Positions 38,781-52,852 of a stretch of 64,000 nucleotides of DNA are shown piece after piece. Within the stretch, counting starts at the first letter, position 1; every line of letters starts with the position of its first letter. This DNA comes from an uncultured Acidobacteriota bacterium (GTDB lineage Bacteria; Acidobacteriota; Thermoanaerobaculia; Multivoradales; UBA5704), in the NCBI GenBank assembly GCA_963770895.1, contig CAVYRF010000002.1, positions 2,208,001 to 2,272,000 of the forward strand, in the 5' to 3' direction. A program made the position numbers and the translations under genes. The notes under the pieces are model-generated. The model worked only from the letters and a program-made list of their open reading frames with translations, was not told the origin of the DNA and made no database searches.

Positions 38781-39131
38781 ATGAGCAAGAGAGCCGCAAA
38801 GTTCGCTCTGATGTCGATCGTGGGCGGTATCGTCCTGATGTTCGCCACCACCACCCCCGCGCACGCCCAGGCTGGCGCCAGCGCGGCAGGAGAGCGTGGC
38901 AGCGGTATGACCACCGACGGCGCGCGTAAGCTCGGCGCCGGGTTGGGCGTCGGCCTGGTCGCCATCGGCACCGGCATCGGTATCGGTCGCATCGGCGGCA
39001 GCGCCACCGAAGCCATCGCCCGGCAGCCGGAATCCGCGGGTCAGATCAGCAACGCGATGATCATCACCGCGGCGCTGATCGAAGGCGTCGCGCTGTTCGG
39101 ACTGGTCATCGACTTTCTGGTGCAGCAGTAG
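38781..39131 (+). CDS. atpE: ATP synthase Fo subunit c with N-terminal extension
   Basis: GxGxGxG, ARQPE, ALIEG. Confidence 0.95.
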   Translation: MSKRAAKFALMSIVGGIVLMFATTTPAHAQAGASAAGERGSGMTTDGARKLGAGLGVGLVAIGTGIGIGRIGGSATEAIARQPESAGQISNAMIITAALIEGVALFGLVIDFLVQQ

Positions 39132-39327
39132 AGCGGCGGCGGTGCCTGGCCGCGTCCCCCGCCCGCTTGTCAGCGTGGCCGGGGCACGCCTCCTGGTGCC
39201 GCGCGACCGGCCGGCGCCCTGTGCGGCGCCGGCTTGCCGGCAGGTTGGTGCCTGCCGCCGCCCCACGAACCCAAGCCCCTTCTCACCGCCGGTGGGCGGG
39301 GCCGTTGACTCGGCGAGTGCTTTCACC

Positions 39328-39912
39328 ATGACGCGGAAAACGAAAGCTTTTCTTTTCATGTTGGCGGCGGCGTTGGCGGCCGCCCCGGCTGCCTACGCCG
39401 CGCCGGCCGAAGGCGGCGACGTGTTCGCCGGTGACGTCGGCAACGCGGTATGGACGGTGGTCATCTTCCTGCTGGTGCTGGTGGTGCTCGGCAAGTTCGC
39501 CTGGGGGCCGCTGCTCAAGGGCCTGCAGGCGCGCGAAGCCTACATCCGGGAATCCCTGGAAACCGCCCGCCGCGATCGCACGGACGCCGAAGCCCGGCTG
39601 CGCGAATACCAGGAAAAGCTGGCGGCGGCGCGCTCGGAAGCGACGGCGATCATCGAGCAGGGGCGCCGCGACGCCGAAGCCGCCAAGCGCAGGATCGAGG
39701 AGCAGGCCAAGCACGAAACCGACAAGATGATCGAGCGCGCGCAGCGCGAGATCCAGTCGGCGACCGTCGAGGCGACGCGGCAGCTGTACTCGCTGTCGGC
39801 AAGCCTGGCGACCGAGCTGGCGTCGCGCATCCTGGGCCGCGAGCTGAACGCGCAGGATCACGAGCGGTTGATCGCCGAATCGATCAGCGACCTGTCGGCG
39901 CGGCACAATTGA
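39328..39912 (+). CDS. atpF: ATP synthase Fo subunit b
   Basis: WTVVIFLLVLVVLGKFAWGPL..L..RE followed by coiled coil. Confidence 0.93.
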   Translation: MTRKTKAFLFMLAAALAAAPAAYAAPAEGGDVFAGDVGNAVWTVVIFLLVLVVLGKFAWGPLLKGLQAREAYIRESLETARRDRTDAEARLREYQEKLAAARSEATAIIEQGRRDAEAAKRRIEEQAKHETDKMIERAQREIQSATVEATRQLYSLSASLATELASRILGRELNAQDHERLIAESISDLSARHN

Positions 39913-39964
39913 TCGCGTTGGGGCGGAGCCGCAACCGTGCGTAATCAGATGGAGAACGCGACCC

Positions 39965-40615
39965 ATGGCGAATGAAGCCGCCGCCACCCCAGCCGGCGGG
40001 CGCGCCGATGGCGAAGATCTGCGCGACCTCAGGCTGCCGCGGGTCTACGCCAAGGCGATGCTCGACCTTGCGGTGGCGCAGAACCAGGCGGACGACCTGC
40101 TGGGCGAGCTGAGCGACCTGGCGCGCACGGTCGCCGGCGACCCTGGCCTGGCGACGTTTCTGGCCAGCCCGCTGGTCACCCAGCGGCAGCGCGGCCAGGT
40201 ACTGGAAAAGGTTTTTCGCGGTCGCGGCAGCGACCTGCTGGTGGATTCGCTGGAGGTGATCAATCAGAAGGGCCGCCTGGCCCTGCTGGTGGAGATCGCC
40301 GAAGCCTACCGTCGCGAGTACCGCGAGCTGCGCGGCCTGGTCGACGCGCGGGTGACCACCGCCGTGCCGCTGGCGGCGGCCCAGCGCCAGGACCTGGTGG
40401 CGGCGATCGCCGGGTTCACCGGCAAGCGGCCCGACCTGATCGAGCGGGTGGATCCGGCGATCCTGGGCGGCATCGTGATCGAGGTCGCCGGCGAAAAGAT
40501 CGACAGCAGCCTGGCCACCCGTCTGCAGGACGTCGGAGCGCTGCTGGCGGCGCGCGCCGCCAAGGAGATTCACGGCGGCGCTTCCATGGTCGAGGGGACG
40601 GGTACGGGCGGGTGA
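39965..40615 (+). CDS. atpH: ATP synthase F1 subunit delta
   Basis: YAKA, TTAVPL, VDPAILGG..IDSS. Confidence 0.95.
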   Translation: MANEAAATPAGGRADGEDLRDLRLPRVYAKAMLDLAVAQNQADDLLGELSDLARTVAGDPGLATFLASPLVTQRQRGQVLEKVFRGRGSDLLVDSLEVINQKGRLALLVEIAEAYRREYRELRGLVDARVTTAVPLAAAQRQDLVAAIAGFTGKRPDLIERVDPAILGGIVIEVAGEKIDSSLATRLQDVGALLAARAAKEIHGGASMVEGTGTGG

Positions 40616-40691
40616 CGCTCTATCTAAACGGAAACGCGACGGCCGCGACAGCTGGCGCGGCGTCTGACCATCAGGCGAGCGAGGAGCAGGC

Positions 40692-42404
<1,713 letters not shown>

Positions 42405-42438
42405 GCTGGGCGCGGCTCGTTTTGCGGGGACGGAACGG

Positions 42439-44902
<2,464 letters not shown>

Positions 44903-44923
44903 GCCGGGCGCGGGACCTGAACC

Positions 44924-45322
44924 ATGGCAAACACCTTCCACCTGAGCGTCATCACGCCGGAGCGGGCCGTTCTGGACACCGAGGCCACCTTTGCCGCCGT
45001 CCCCGCCCACGACGGCGAGATCGGCATCCTGGTCAACCGTGCGCCGATGCTCTACCGCCTGGGCGCCGGCCTGCTGCGCGCCGACACCGCCGAGGGCAAA
45101 ACCGCCCTCTTCGTCGCCGGCGGCTTCGTCCAGATGGTGGACAACCGGCTCACCGTCCTCACCGAAACCGCCAAGGAGATGAGCAAGATCGACCGCGCCT
45201 CGGCGGAGCGCGCCCTGGCCGACGCCGAAGCCTTGAAGGGCGTCACCGAATCCGAATTCAACACCCGCCAGCGCATGCTCGCCAGCGCCCGCGCCCAGCT
45301 GCGCCTGGCCCAGCACATCTGA
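44924..45322 (+). CDS. atpC: ATP synthase F1 subunit epsilon
   Basis: VITPE, GEIGIL, VAGGF. Confidence 0.95.
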   Translation: MANTFHLSVITPERAVLDTEATFAAVPAHDGEIGILVNRAPMLYRLGAGLLRADTAEGKTALFVAGGFVQMVDNRLTVLTETAKEMSKIDRASAERALADAEALKGVTESEFNTRQRMLASARAQLRLAQHI

Positions 45323-45391
45323 TCCAGCGCCCCTGATCCAGATCCGCCAGGCTCGGCAAGGGCCTGGCGGCAGCTCCCACGCGGGGCGCCG

Positions 45392-46060
45392 GTGCAATAC
45401 AGTGCACGGGTGCCCGCACACTCCGAATACGAGCCGCTGTTCGCCGACCAGCGCCCGGCGCTCGACGACCTGGCCGCCGTCCAGGACCTCTTTCGCGCCG
45501 CGGGAGGCCCCTACCTGCGCTCCTGGTGGTCGTGGGTGGTCTGGGCCTGCGTGCTGCCGGCGGCGGCGCTGGCAACCGGCCCGGCGATGGCCCGCTCCGG
45601 CCCGTCCGGAGTGCTCTTCACCTGGTCCCTGGCCATCCTCTTCGCCGGCGCCATCGAAATCGCCGCCATCCGCCGCGGCCGCCGGCGCGACGCCCAAGCC
45701 GCCGGCGAAGGCGCCGGGCCGGCGGCCGGCCGGTCCCTGCTGGCCGCCTGGGCCCTGCGCACCCAGGGCAACCTCTCCCTGGTAGCCCTGGCCCTTTCGG
45801 TCCTGCTCATCTGGCAAGACCTGGCCTGGGCCCTCCCCGGCCTATGGCTGCTGCTCCTGGGCCACTCCTTCTTCATGCTGGGAGGCATCGCCTTCCCCCC
45901 CTTCAAACGCTACGGCCTCGCCTACCAGCTGGGCGGCATCGCCGCCCTCTGGCCCAACGGCACACCCCTCACCGCCTTCGCCCTAACCACCGCCGCCGCC
46001 AACCTCTGGATGGGCTGGGCCGTCTGGCGCGAAGCCCACGCCGCGGACGGTGGTCGATAA
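45392..46060 (+). CDS. Multi-pass membrane hypothetical protein
   Basis: About six hydrophobic segments; start uncertain. Confidence 0.65.
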   Translation: MQYSARVPAHSEYEPLFADQRPALDDLAAVQDLFRAAGGPYLRSWWSWVVWACVLPAAALATGPAMARSGPSGVLFTWSLAILFAGAIEIAAIRRGRRRDAQAAGEGAGPAAGRSLLAAWALRTQGNLSLVALALSVLLIWQDLAWALPGLWLLLLGHSFFMLGGIAFPPFKRYGLAYQLGGIAALWPNGTPLTAFALTTAAANLWMGWAVWREAHAADGGR

Positions 46061-46143
46061 CGCATCCGTCCCCTCGGCGAAAGACGGCCCCGAGCGCATA
46101 CTACCTACGCGGGCAACCTTGTATGGAGGGAGGGCTCGACCTG

Positions 46144-46968
46144 ATGAGATACGTCTCCGTCGCAGCCGCGACTGTTCTCTTCCCCTTGCTACTTCTTACC
46201 CCGGCGCAGCCAGCAGCTGGCCAAGGGCGCTCCTCTGCGGTTCCAGTGGACGCACCTGATGTAGTTCCGGGTTCTGGGATGGCTCTCTGGGTTTCGGCGA
46301 AGGCGGCGGCCGATCCTGACACGGTGATCAAGTGGAGCCTTTTCGGCGAGCATGCTGAGGCGCTGCAGGCCGACGTTCGAGCCCAGGATGAACCTGGTGA
46401 GCGTCCGAAGAAGCGCGGGAGCACCGAGGCCGTGGAAATCCCGGAGAAGGACTGCTCGACCCACACAATCTGCTCAGACTTCAGTGAGGCTCCCGATCCC
46501 TCTTTGACCCTTCCGCGACTGATCGCCAGGTCAACCGGCGGGATCTACGCCGGCACCGTCATCGCCGTGACGCCGGGTTTCTATCTGCAGGCGCCTGCCG
46601 AGCTTCTTACGGTCAGCGTTGACGAGGTTCTGCACGCCGCGTCAGCTCATCCGCAGGCGCCGCCGCAGCTCTACCTCCTCTACGGGGTCGCTCATTTCCG
46701 GATCGGGGCCTACAGCTTCTGCGGCCAATGGAGCGATCGATGGGGAGAGCCGGTGGCCGGCAATCGAATTCTCATCTTTGCCGACGAGTCGGTTCAACCT
46801 GACAGGGGGTTCATCCTGCCTTCTGCCGAGAACCAGCTGCTCATGGAAACCAAGAGCGGTCTCTACGTGCCGGCCGCTTTGCGGCGCCCGGGTGCGCCGC
46901 TCGAGGTGACTACGTTTGGCGAAGCCGTGGCGGTCGTCCGGCAAGCCGTTGCCGCGGCAGAGCCATGA
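46144..46968 (+). CDS. Secreted hypothetical protein
   Basis: GGAGGG RBS, signal peptide, somewhat lower GC. Confidence 0.6.
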   Translation: MRYVSVAAATVLFPLLLLTPAQPAAGQGRSSAVPVDAPDVVPGSGMALWVSAKAAADPDTVIKWSLFGEHAEALQADVRAQDEPGERPKKRGSTEAVEIPEKDCSTHTICSDFSEAPDPSLTLPRLIARSTGGIYAGTVIAVTPGFYLQAPAELLTVSVDEVLHAASAHPQAPPQLYLLYGVAHFRIGAYSFCGQWSDRWGEPVAGNRILIFADESVQPDRGFILPSAENQLLMETKSGLYVPAALRRPGAPLEVTTFGEAVAVVRQAVAAAEP

Positions 46969-47055
46969 CTTGCGGCCCTGCGAGCTGCCCTGCCGACCTG
47001 TCGCAATGGCAGGCAGTGCGTTCGTGCACGGAGGGTGCGCGGGCTGGCCGCGGGA

Positions 47056-47814
47056 TCAGCGGGCGGCGGGAGCGGTGAGGGAGGTGTGGGAGCCGCTGAG
47101 GCGGTCGGCCAGGGAGCGGCCGGTGAGGGCTAGGAGGGTGGGGAGGCCCAGGGTGGCGAGGGTGAGGAGGGCGCCCAGCCAGCGGCGGGCGGTCTGGTCG
47201 AAGCTGAGGGGCTCGCCGTCGGTGCTTTGGGAGGTGAGGCCGGCCCAGGTCATGCCCAGGGTGTGGCCCCAGAAGGCCAGGGGTATGACGGTGTAGAGGA
47301 AGGAGAAGGCCACCAGGAAGACGACTCCGGCGGGCCAGTCGTGGGCGATGGGGAAGACGCCCAGGTAGCGGCAGGCGACAAAGGTCAGGATGCCGACGGC
47401 GGCGTGAACCAGCAGGTCGGCGGCTCCGGCGGCCAGGCGGCGGCCGACGCCGGCGCGGGGGTCGGCGGGTGCGGGTGCCGCGGCGGTGGTCAGGGCGCGG
47501 CCGGCCGCTTGCTGGGTCTGGTTACGGGCGGGCGCGGTCTGAGTGCTGCCGGCGCGGCCCTTGGCACCAGAGGCACGATCGCTGGCGTAGGTGCGGTCGG
47601 CACGGCCGGCGCGATCCATGTGGTCGGCGGGATCGGACAGGTCGGCGGTGTCGCGCTGGCCGCGAGCGGCGGCTCGGTCGCCGCGCGGCTCGCGCTTGCG
47701 CTGGGTGTCGCGGGCTTGCCGGGGGTCCTGGGGGTCGTCTTCGGCCTGGTCGTCGCGGGCCGGCCGGTCGAGCGGCAGGTCGAAGAGCAGGGGTTCCTGG
47801 TCGGAGCGGCGCAT
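47056..47814 (-). CDS. RDD family membrane protein
   Basis: RRLAAGAAD, GHTLGM, RSLADRLSGS; TGATG overlap with upstream gene. Confidence 0.85.
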   Translation of the reverse strand: MRRSDQEPLLFDLPLDRPARDDQAEDDPQDPRQARDTQRKREPRGDRAAARGQRDTADLSDPADHMDRAGRADRTYASDRASGAKGRAGSTQTAPARNQTQQAAGRALTTAAAPAPADPRAGVGRRLAAGAADLLVHAAVGILTFVACRYLGVFPIAHDWPAGVVFLVAFSFLYTVIPLAFWGHTLGMTWAGLTSQSTDGEPLSFDQTARRWLGALLTLATLGLPTLLALTGRSLADRLSGSHTSLTAPAAR

Positions 47815-50246
47815 CAGCGAATCGGGAGGTACTTCACGTAGATACGATAGAGCATATCGGTGCTGTGCTCCAGATAGGTCTGGGCGAACAGCAGCTGGCG
47901 ATTGAGATCCGGGTCGTCGGGCGCCAGGGTTTTGGCTTCGCCGAACTTCTTGACCGCGTCGGCGGCGTCGTTGTGCTGGAGGTCGCGGACGCCCAGGTCG
48001 TAGTAGCTGTCGACGATCATGCGGGTGACGTCTTTGTTGGCCGGATTGGCTTCGTGGAGCTGCCATAGCTGCGGCAGGGCGAACTCCCAGTCGTGGCCGC
48101 GGAAGAGCGCCAGCGGTCGCTCGATCGGCTGCAGCTTGGCCTTGGCGTCGGCCAGCTGGAAGGCGTCGGTGGCGTCCAGCTTGGCCAGGCGGTCGGCGGC
48201 TTCGAAACGCTCGGCGGCGAGCAGGAAAGTGCCGTTCTGGTAGGCCCTTCGGCCTTCGGCGATGAGCTGTTGGCGGCGGTCGACGTCGGTGCCAAGGGCG
48301 CCAGGGGCGCCGGCGGTGACGGTACCGGGGGCGCCGGGCGCTCCTGCTGCCTGGTCCGCGCCGGGCGCGGCTCCCGCCGGCTGGGATTCTTCCTGCAGCC
48401 ACTTGGCGATCAGCGCCTGCGCCTCTTTGTAGTGCGGGTCGCCCGCCGGCACGCGGCGCAGCTGCGCCAGGGCCATGGAGGTCTTGCCCGCCGCATGAAG
48501 CTTGGTGGCGCGCGGCACCGGGTTGGGCGCGGCGGCAACCGCTGCCGGCTCGTCGGGGCGGGAGTTGGGGAACCACTGTTCACGCTTCTGGTAGATAAAC
48601 CAACCCACCGCCAGGACCAGCAACAGCACGGCGCCGCCGAAGCCGATAAACCGCAGCCGCGCGTGATGTTCCTGCCCCGGCGCGGCGCTCATCGAGCGCA
48701 CCTCGCGGCGCGACTCGGAGCTGCCGTGCGGGCCGACTTCGGGTGGGACCAGGATCTCTTCCTTGAGATCCTGACCTGCGCCGGCAGCGCCGGCGAGGGA
48801 CGCATCGCCCGCCATGGCATCCGCCGGATGGCCGAAGCTGCCGTCCACGGCGCCGGGCGCCGGGCCCGTGGATGGTGGCGCGTAGAGGCCGGGCGGCGGC
48901 GCCGGCGAGGCGCCGAGCGGGCTCATCCCCGGCATGCCCACTCCAGCCTGCCGCGACGCTGCGCCGGAGGCGACCGCGGGCGGCACGCCAGGCATTGCGC
49001 CGCCGGCGCGCCCCGCGGGCGCCGGCCGGCCGGGGGGCGGCGTGGCGCGGAAGTTGAGGTTGCCGTCGGCCAGCTGCTGGAGGTATTCGCGCGCCTGCAC
49101 GTGGCCGGGATTGAGCTCGACCACGCGCTGAAAGGAGCGCTGCGCCGCTGCGGCGTCGCCGGCTTCGAGGTGGGCCAGGCCGTCGTGGAAGGATTCTTCC
49201 ACCTGGCGGTCGCGCTCGGCCTTGATGCGTCGCGCGGCTTCGATGCGGTGGGCTGCCTCCTGGTGGTCGATGTCGATCAGGAAGATCCGCGACCAGGCGT
49301 CCACGGCCGCCTGCGGGTCGCCGCCGTCGAGCGCGGCCTGACCTTCGTCGAGCAGCTGCTGGATGCGGCGCTCGCTCTCGGAGTCGCCGGTGCGCTGTGG
49401 CGCGAACAGAGTTGAAGCCGCCGGCGGGAACGCCGTCGCGCCTGACGGCGCCGCGGGCGGTGCGTCCAGGTTGAAGCCGGCGCTCGCCGCCGGCTGGAAC
49501 GCCGGCGCCGCGGTGGCGGTGGCTGCGGCAGGCGGTGCGGCGATCGTCGGCCGGCCGGTGGTGGCGCCTGCCGGTTTGGCGGCGGCTCTGCCCCCGCCCG
49601 ACAGCTCGGCAATGCCGGGGTGGGTGGGGTCGAGCGACCGCGCCTTTTCGATCAGACGGCCCGCTTCGGCGGCGTTGCCGCTGCGCATCGCGTCGCGCGC
49701 CGAGGTCAGGAAGCGGTTGACGTAAGGCGCCGCCTCCTGCCGCTCATGCGCCAGCGCTACGAGCCGCTGCAACGCCTGGTCGTGCGCGGCCTCGGGCCCG
49801 GCCTGGGCGGCGCGCATCTGGACCTCCTGGAACTTGCGCTCGGCGAGCAGGGTTTCCAGGTCATCGTACAGGCCGGCGCTGACGCCGGTCGGGTGTTCAG
49901 GCAGGTCGGGGAGATCGAGCGACAGCCCTTCGAAGTCAGCCCAGGGAGCGGCTCCCGGCGCCACTTCCAGCGGTTCCAGCAGGCGGCCCTGGGGTACCGG
50001 CGCCGGGGCGGCGCCGCTCTCGAAGTTGCGCAGGTCTTCGACGGCGACAGGGCCGATGGCGCCCTCCAGCCGCTCCTGCAGCCGGCGCGCCGGCTCGAAG
50101 AGCGGGTCCATGCGGAGCACGAAATCGCAGCCCAGCAGCGCTTCCTGCCGGCTGCCCTTTTCTGCCAGCCCGAGCGTATGTTCGAAAGTACTACGGATGC
50201 GCGTCTGGACGTCTGAGGGCAGCGAGGAGTTCCCTGGATAAGTCAT
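47814..50246 (-). CDS. Large TPR-containing single-pass membrane protein
   Basis: TPR-like helices, P/A/G-rich linkers, TM segment FIGFGGAVLLLVLAVGWFIY. Confidence 0.75.
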   Translation of the reverse strand: MTYPGNSSLPSDVQTRIRSTFEHTLGLAEKGSRQEALLGCDFVLRMDPLFEPARRLQERLEGAIGPVAVEDLRNFESGAAPAPVPQGRLLEPLEVAPGAAPWADFEGLSLDLPDLPEHPTGVSAGLYDDLETLLAERKFQEVQMRAAQAGPEAAHDQALQRLVALAHERQEAAPYVNRFLTSARDAMRSGNAAEAGRLIEKARSLDPTHPGIAELSGGGRAAAKPAGATTGRPTIAAPPAAATATAAPAFQPAASAGFNLDAPPAAPSGATAFPPAASTLFAPQRTGDSESERRIQQLLDEGQAALDGGDPQAAVDAWSRIFLIDIDHQEAAHRIEAARRIKAERDRQVEESFHDGLAHLEAGDAAAAQRSFQRVVELNPGHVQAREYLQQLADGNLNFRATPPPGRPAPAGRAGGAMPGVPPAVASGAASRQAGVGMPGMSPLGASPAPPPGLYAPPSTGPAPGAVDGSFGHPADAMAGDASLAGAAGAGQDLKEEILVPPEVGPHGSSESRREVRSMSAAPGQEHHARLRFIGFGGAVLLLVLAVGWFIYQKREQWFPNSRPDEPAAVAAAPNPVPRATKLHAAGKTSMALAQLRRVPAGDPHYKEAQALIAKWLQEESQPAGAAPGADQAAGAPGAPGTVTAGAPGALGTDVDRRQQLIAEGRRAYQNGTFLLAAERFEAADRLAKLDATDAFQLADAKAKLQPIERPLALFRGHDWEFALPQLWQLHEANPANKDVTRMIVDSYYDLGVRDLQHNDAADAVKKFGEAKTLAPDDPDLNRQLLFAQTYLEHSTDMLYRIYVKYLPIR

Positions 50247-50328
50247 CTTCTTGGCAAAGGCGGCACGGACCGGGCGTATGGTACCAGGACGGCTATGCCC
50301 GCACAACGCGGGATAAACTCCTGCCACC

Positions 50329-51231
50329 GTGGCGCCGCTCGAATGTGTCCCCAACCTGAGCGAAGGTCGGCGGACGGAGGTCGTGGCGCGGCTGGCCGCG
50401 GCGGCCGCCGGCCCCGGCGTCCGGCTGCTCGACGTCAACTCCGATCCCGACCACAACCGCACGGTGCTGACCCTGGCCGGCGAGCCCGACGCGCTCATCG
50501 CCGGCGTCCTCGCCCTCTACGAGGCGGCGTTGCGCGACATCGACCTGCGCCAACACCAGGGGGTGCATCCGCGCGTCGGCGCCGTGGACGTGGTGCCGTT
50601 CGTGCCGCTCGACGGCACGCCGATGGCGGTGGCGGTCAACGCCGCCCATCGCCTGGGGCGGGAGGTGGCGCGCCGCTTCGACCTGCCGGTCTTCCTGTAC
50701 GAGGAGGCGGCCGCGCTGCCGCACCGCCGGGCCCTGGCAACGATCCGGCGCGGCGGCCCCCAGGGCCTGGCCGCCAGGCTGAGCGACCCCCAGTGGTCCC
50801 CCGACTACGGCCCGGCGCGGCTGCACCCCAGCGCCGGCGCCACGGTGGTCGGCGCCCGCTTCTTCCTGATCGCCTGCAACGCGCTGCTGGATACTGCCGA
50901 CGTGGCGGTGGCGCGCGCCGTCGCGGCGGCCGTCCGCGAATCGGGCGGCGGCCTGCCGGCGGTGCGGGCGCTGGGGTTCTACCTGCCCAGCCGCGGCTGC
51001 GCCCAGGTGAGCATGAACCTGGTCGACTTCCGCCGCACCTCCCTGGCCGTGCTGCTGGCGCGCGTCCGCCAGGAGGCGGCGGCGCGCGGCGCGCGAGTCA
51101 CCGCCGGCGAGCTGGTGGGTCTGCTGCCGCGGCAGGCGGCGCTCGACGTGGTGCGCGACGCCCTGCAGCTGCCGGACCTGGCGCCCGACCGCCTGCTCGA
51201 AGAGCGCCTGCTAGCTGCCGCCGGCGCCTGA
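50329..51231 (+). CDS. ftcD: Glutamate formiminotransferase
   Basis: ECVPNLSEGR, DPDHNRTV, HQGVHPRVGAVDVVPFVP, QVSMNL. Confidence 0.95.
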   Translation: MAPLECVPNLSEGRRTEVVARLAAAAAGPGVRLLDVNSDPDHNRTVLTLAGEPDALIAGVLALYEAALRDIDLRQHQGVHPRVGAVDVVPFVPLDGTPMAVAVNAAHRLGREVARRFDLPVFLYEEAAALPHRRALATIRRGGPQGLAARLSDPQWSPDYGPARLHPSAGATVVGARFFLIACNALLDTADVAVARAVAAAVRESGGGLPAVRALGFYLPSRGCAQVSMNLVDFRRTSLAVLLARVRQEAAARGARVTAGELVGLLPRQAALDVVRDALQLPDLAPDRLLEERLLAAAGA

Positions 51232-52683
51232 GGCCTGCTGGGGCGGCGCGGCGGCGGGGCGATCGCCGGCGGGCTCGGCCGCCAGCGCCGCGAGGAGCCG
51301 CCGCGGCATGCCGTCGAAGGCTCCGGACGACATGGTGACCAGCACGTCGCCGGGACGGCTGGCGGCCACCGCCGCGGCGAGCAGGGCACCGGTGTCGGCG
51401 GCGGCGTGCGCCGGCACGGCGTCCGCGGTGAGCGCCGCGGTGAGCGCGGCCAGGTCGAGCTGCTCTTCCGGGCGCAGGCGGCTGCTGTAGTAGGCGGGCG
51501 CGAACAGCACCAGCCCGGCGCCGGCAAAGGCCTGCCGGTAGGCGTCGAAAAACATGGCGCGGCCGGCGGTCAGGCTGCGCGGCTCGAAGATCGCCACCAG
51601 CCGGCGGCCGGGGTAGCGCTGGGCGAGCGCCGCCAGGGTCTTGCCGACCGCGGTCGGGTGGTGGGCAAAGTCGTCGACCACGGTGACGCCGCGAGCGGTG
51701 CCGAGCTCTTCGAGCCGCCGCTTGACGCCGTGGAACGTCCCCATCGCCGCCGCCACCGCCGCGGCGGGCAGCCCGTCGCGCCGCGCCGCCGCCCACACCG
51801 CCAGGGCGTTGGCGACGTTGTGGCCGCCGGCCAGCGGCAGCTCGACCTGGACCTCTCCCCCTGCGCCGTCCCCCAGGGCGAAGCGGCAGCCGCCGGGCAG
51901 CGCGGCAAAACCGTCGAGAGGCCGCAGATCGTTGCCCGGCTCGAGGCCGTAGAGCAGCACCGGGCAGGGCGCCTGCCGCGCCAAATGGCGCACGTCGTCG
52001 CTGTCGCCACACGCCACCAGCAGGCCGCTCGGCGGCAGCTGCGCGATGGCGCGCGCGTAGGCATCGCGCAGCGCCGCCGGGCTGGGGTAGAGGTCGGCGT
52101 GGTCGTATTCGACGCTGGTGACGATCAGGGTTTCGGCCTGGTAGTGCAGGAACTTGGCGCCGCGGTCGAAATAGGCGGCGTTGTACTCGTCCCCTTCGAC
52201 GATGAAGCGGTCGCCGCTGCCGGCCGCGAAGCTCCCGTCCAGGTCGTGAGGGGCGCCGCCGATCAGATAGCCCGGCGCCGCGCCGCACCGGCTGTACACC
52301 CATGCCGCGAGCGCCGTGGTGGTGGTCTTGCCGTGGGTGCCGGCGACCACCAGGGAGCGGCGCCCGGTCAGGAAGAAGCGGGCGAGCGCCTGGGGCATCG
52401 AAACCAGCGGCAGGCCCAGCCCCTCCGCCGCCACGGCTTCGGGGTTGTCGCGGCGCACCGCGTTGCCCACCACCACCAGGTCGGGCGGCGGGTCCAGGTG
52501 GGCAGCGTCAAAGCCGACGTGGGGGCGGATGCCGGCGCGATCGAGCAGCGCGCTCATCGGCGGGTACAACGGCCCATCCGAACCTGAGACCCGATGGCCT
52601 TGCTCTTGCAGCAGGCAGGCCAGGGGCGCCATGCCCGTGCCGCCAATCGCGATCATGTAGATGTCCAGCCGGTCCGTCTGCAT
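51211..52683 (-). CDS. mpl: Murein tripeptide ligase (Mpl/MurC family)
   Basis: IGGTGM, YPPMS, GTHGKTTT, EGDEY..AYFD, DDFAHHPT, FEPRS. Confidence 0.88.
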   Translation of the reverse strand: MQTDRLDIYMIAIGGTGMAPLACLLQEQGHRVSGSDGPLYPPMSALLDRAGIRPHVGFDAAHLDPPPDLVVVGNAVRRDNPEAVAAEGLGLPLVSMPQALARFFLTGRRSLVVAGTHGKTTTTALAAWVYSRCGAAPGYLIGGAPHDLDGSFAAGSGDRFIVEGDEYNAAYFDRGAKFLHYQAETLIVTSVEYDHADLYPSPAALRDAYARAIAQLPPSGLLVACGDSDDVRHLARQAPCPVLLYGLEPGNDLRPLDGFAALPGGCRFALGDGAGGEVQVELPLAGGHNVANALAVWAAARRDGLPAAAVAAAMGTFHGVKRRLEELGTARGVTVVDDFAHHPTAVGKTLAALAQRYPGRRLVAIFEPRSLTAGRAMFFDAYRQAFAGAGLVLFAPAYYSSRLRPEEQLDLAALTAALTADAVPAHAAADTGALLAAAVAASRPGDVLVTMSSGAFDGMPRRLLAALAAEPAGDRPAAAPPQQASGAGGS

Positions 52684-52852
52684 CGGCCTTTGGCCTCCGG
52701 GTCCAGGGGCGGATCGCTTGGCGGCGGCTGGCTGCGCAGGCGGCAGTCGCTTGCGCCGGGGGACTTTCCGCTGGCGGGCGCCGAGTGTAGCATCGGTGCT
52801 TGGTGTACCGATGTGGACCGCAGATCGCTTTCGAGCAAGGAGCTGGCCTGTC

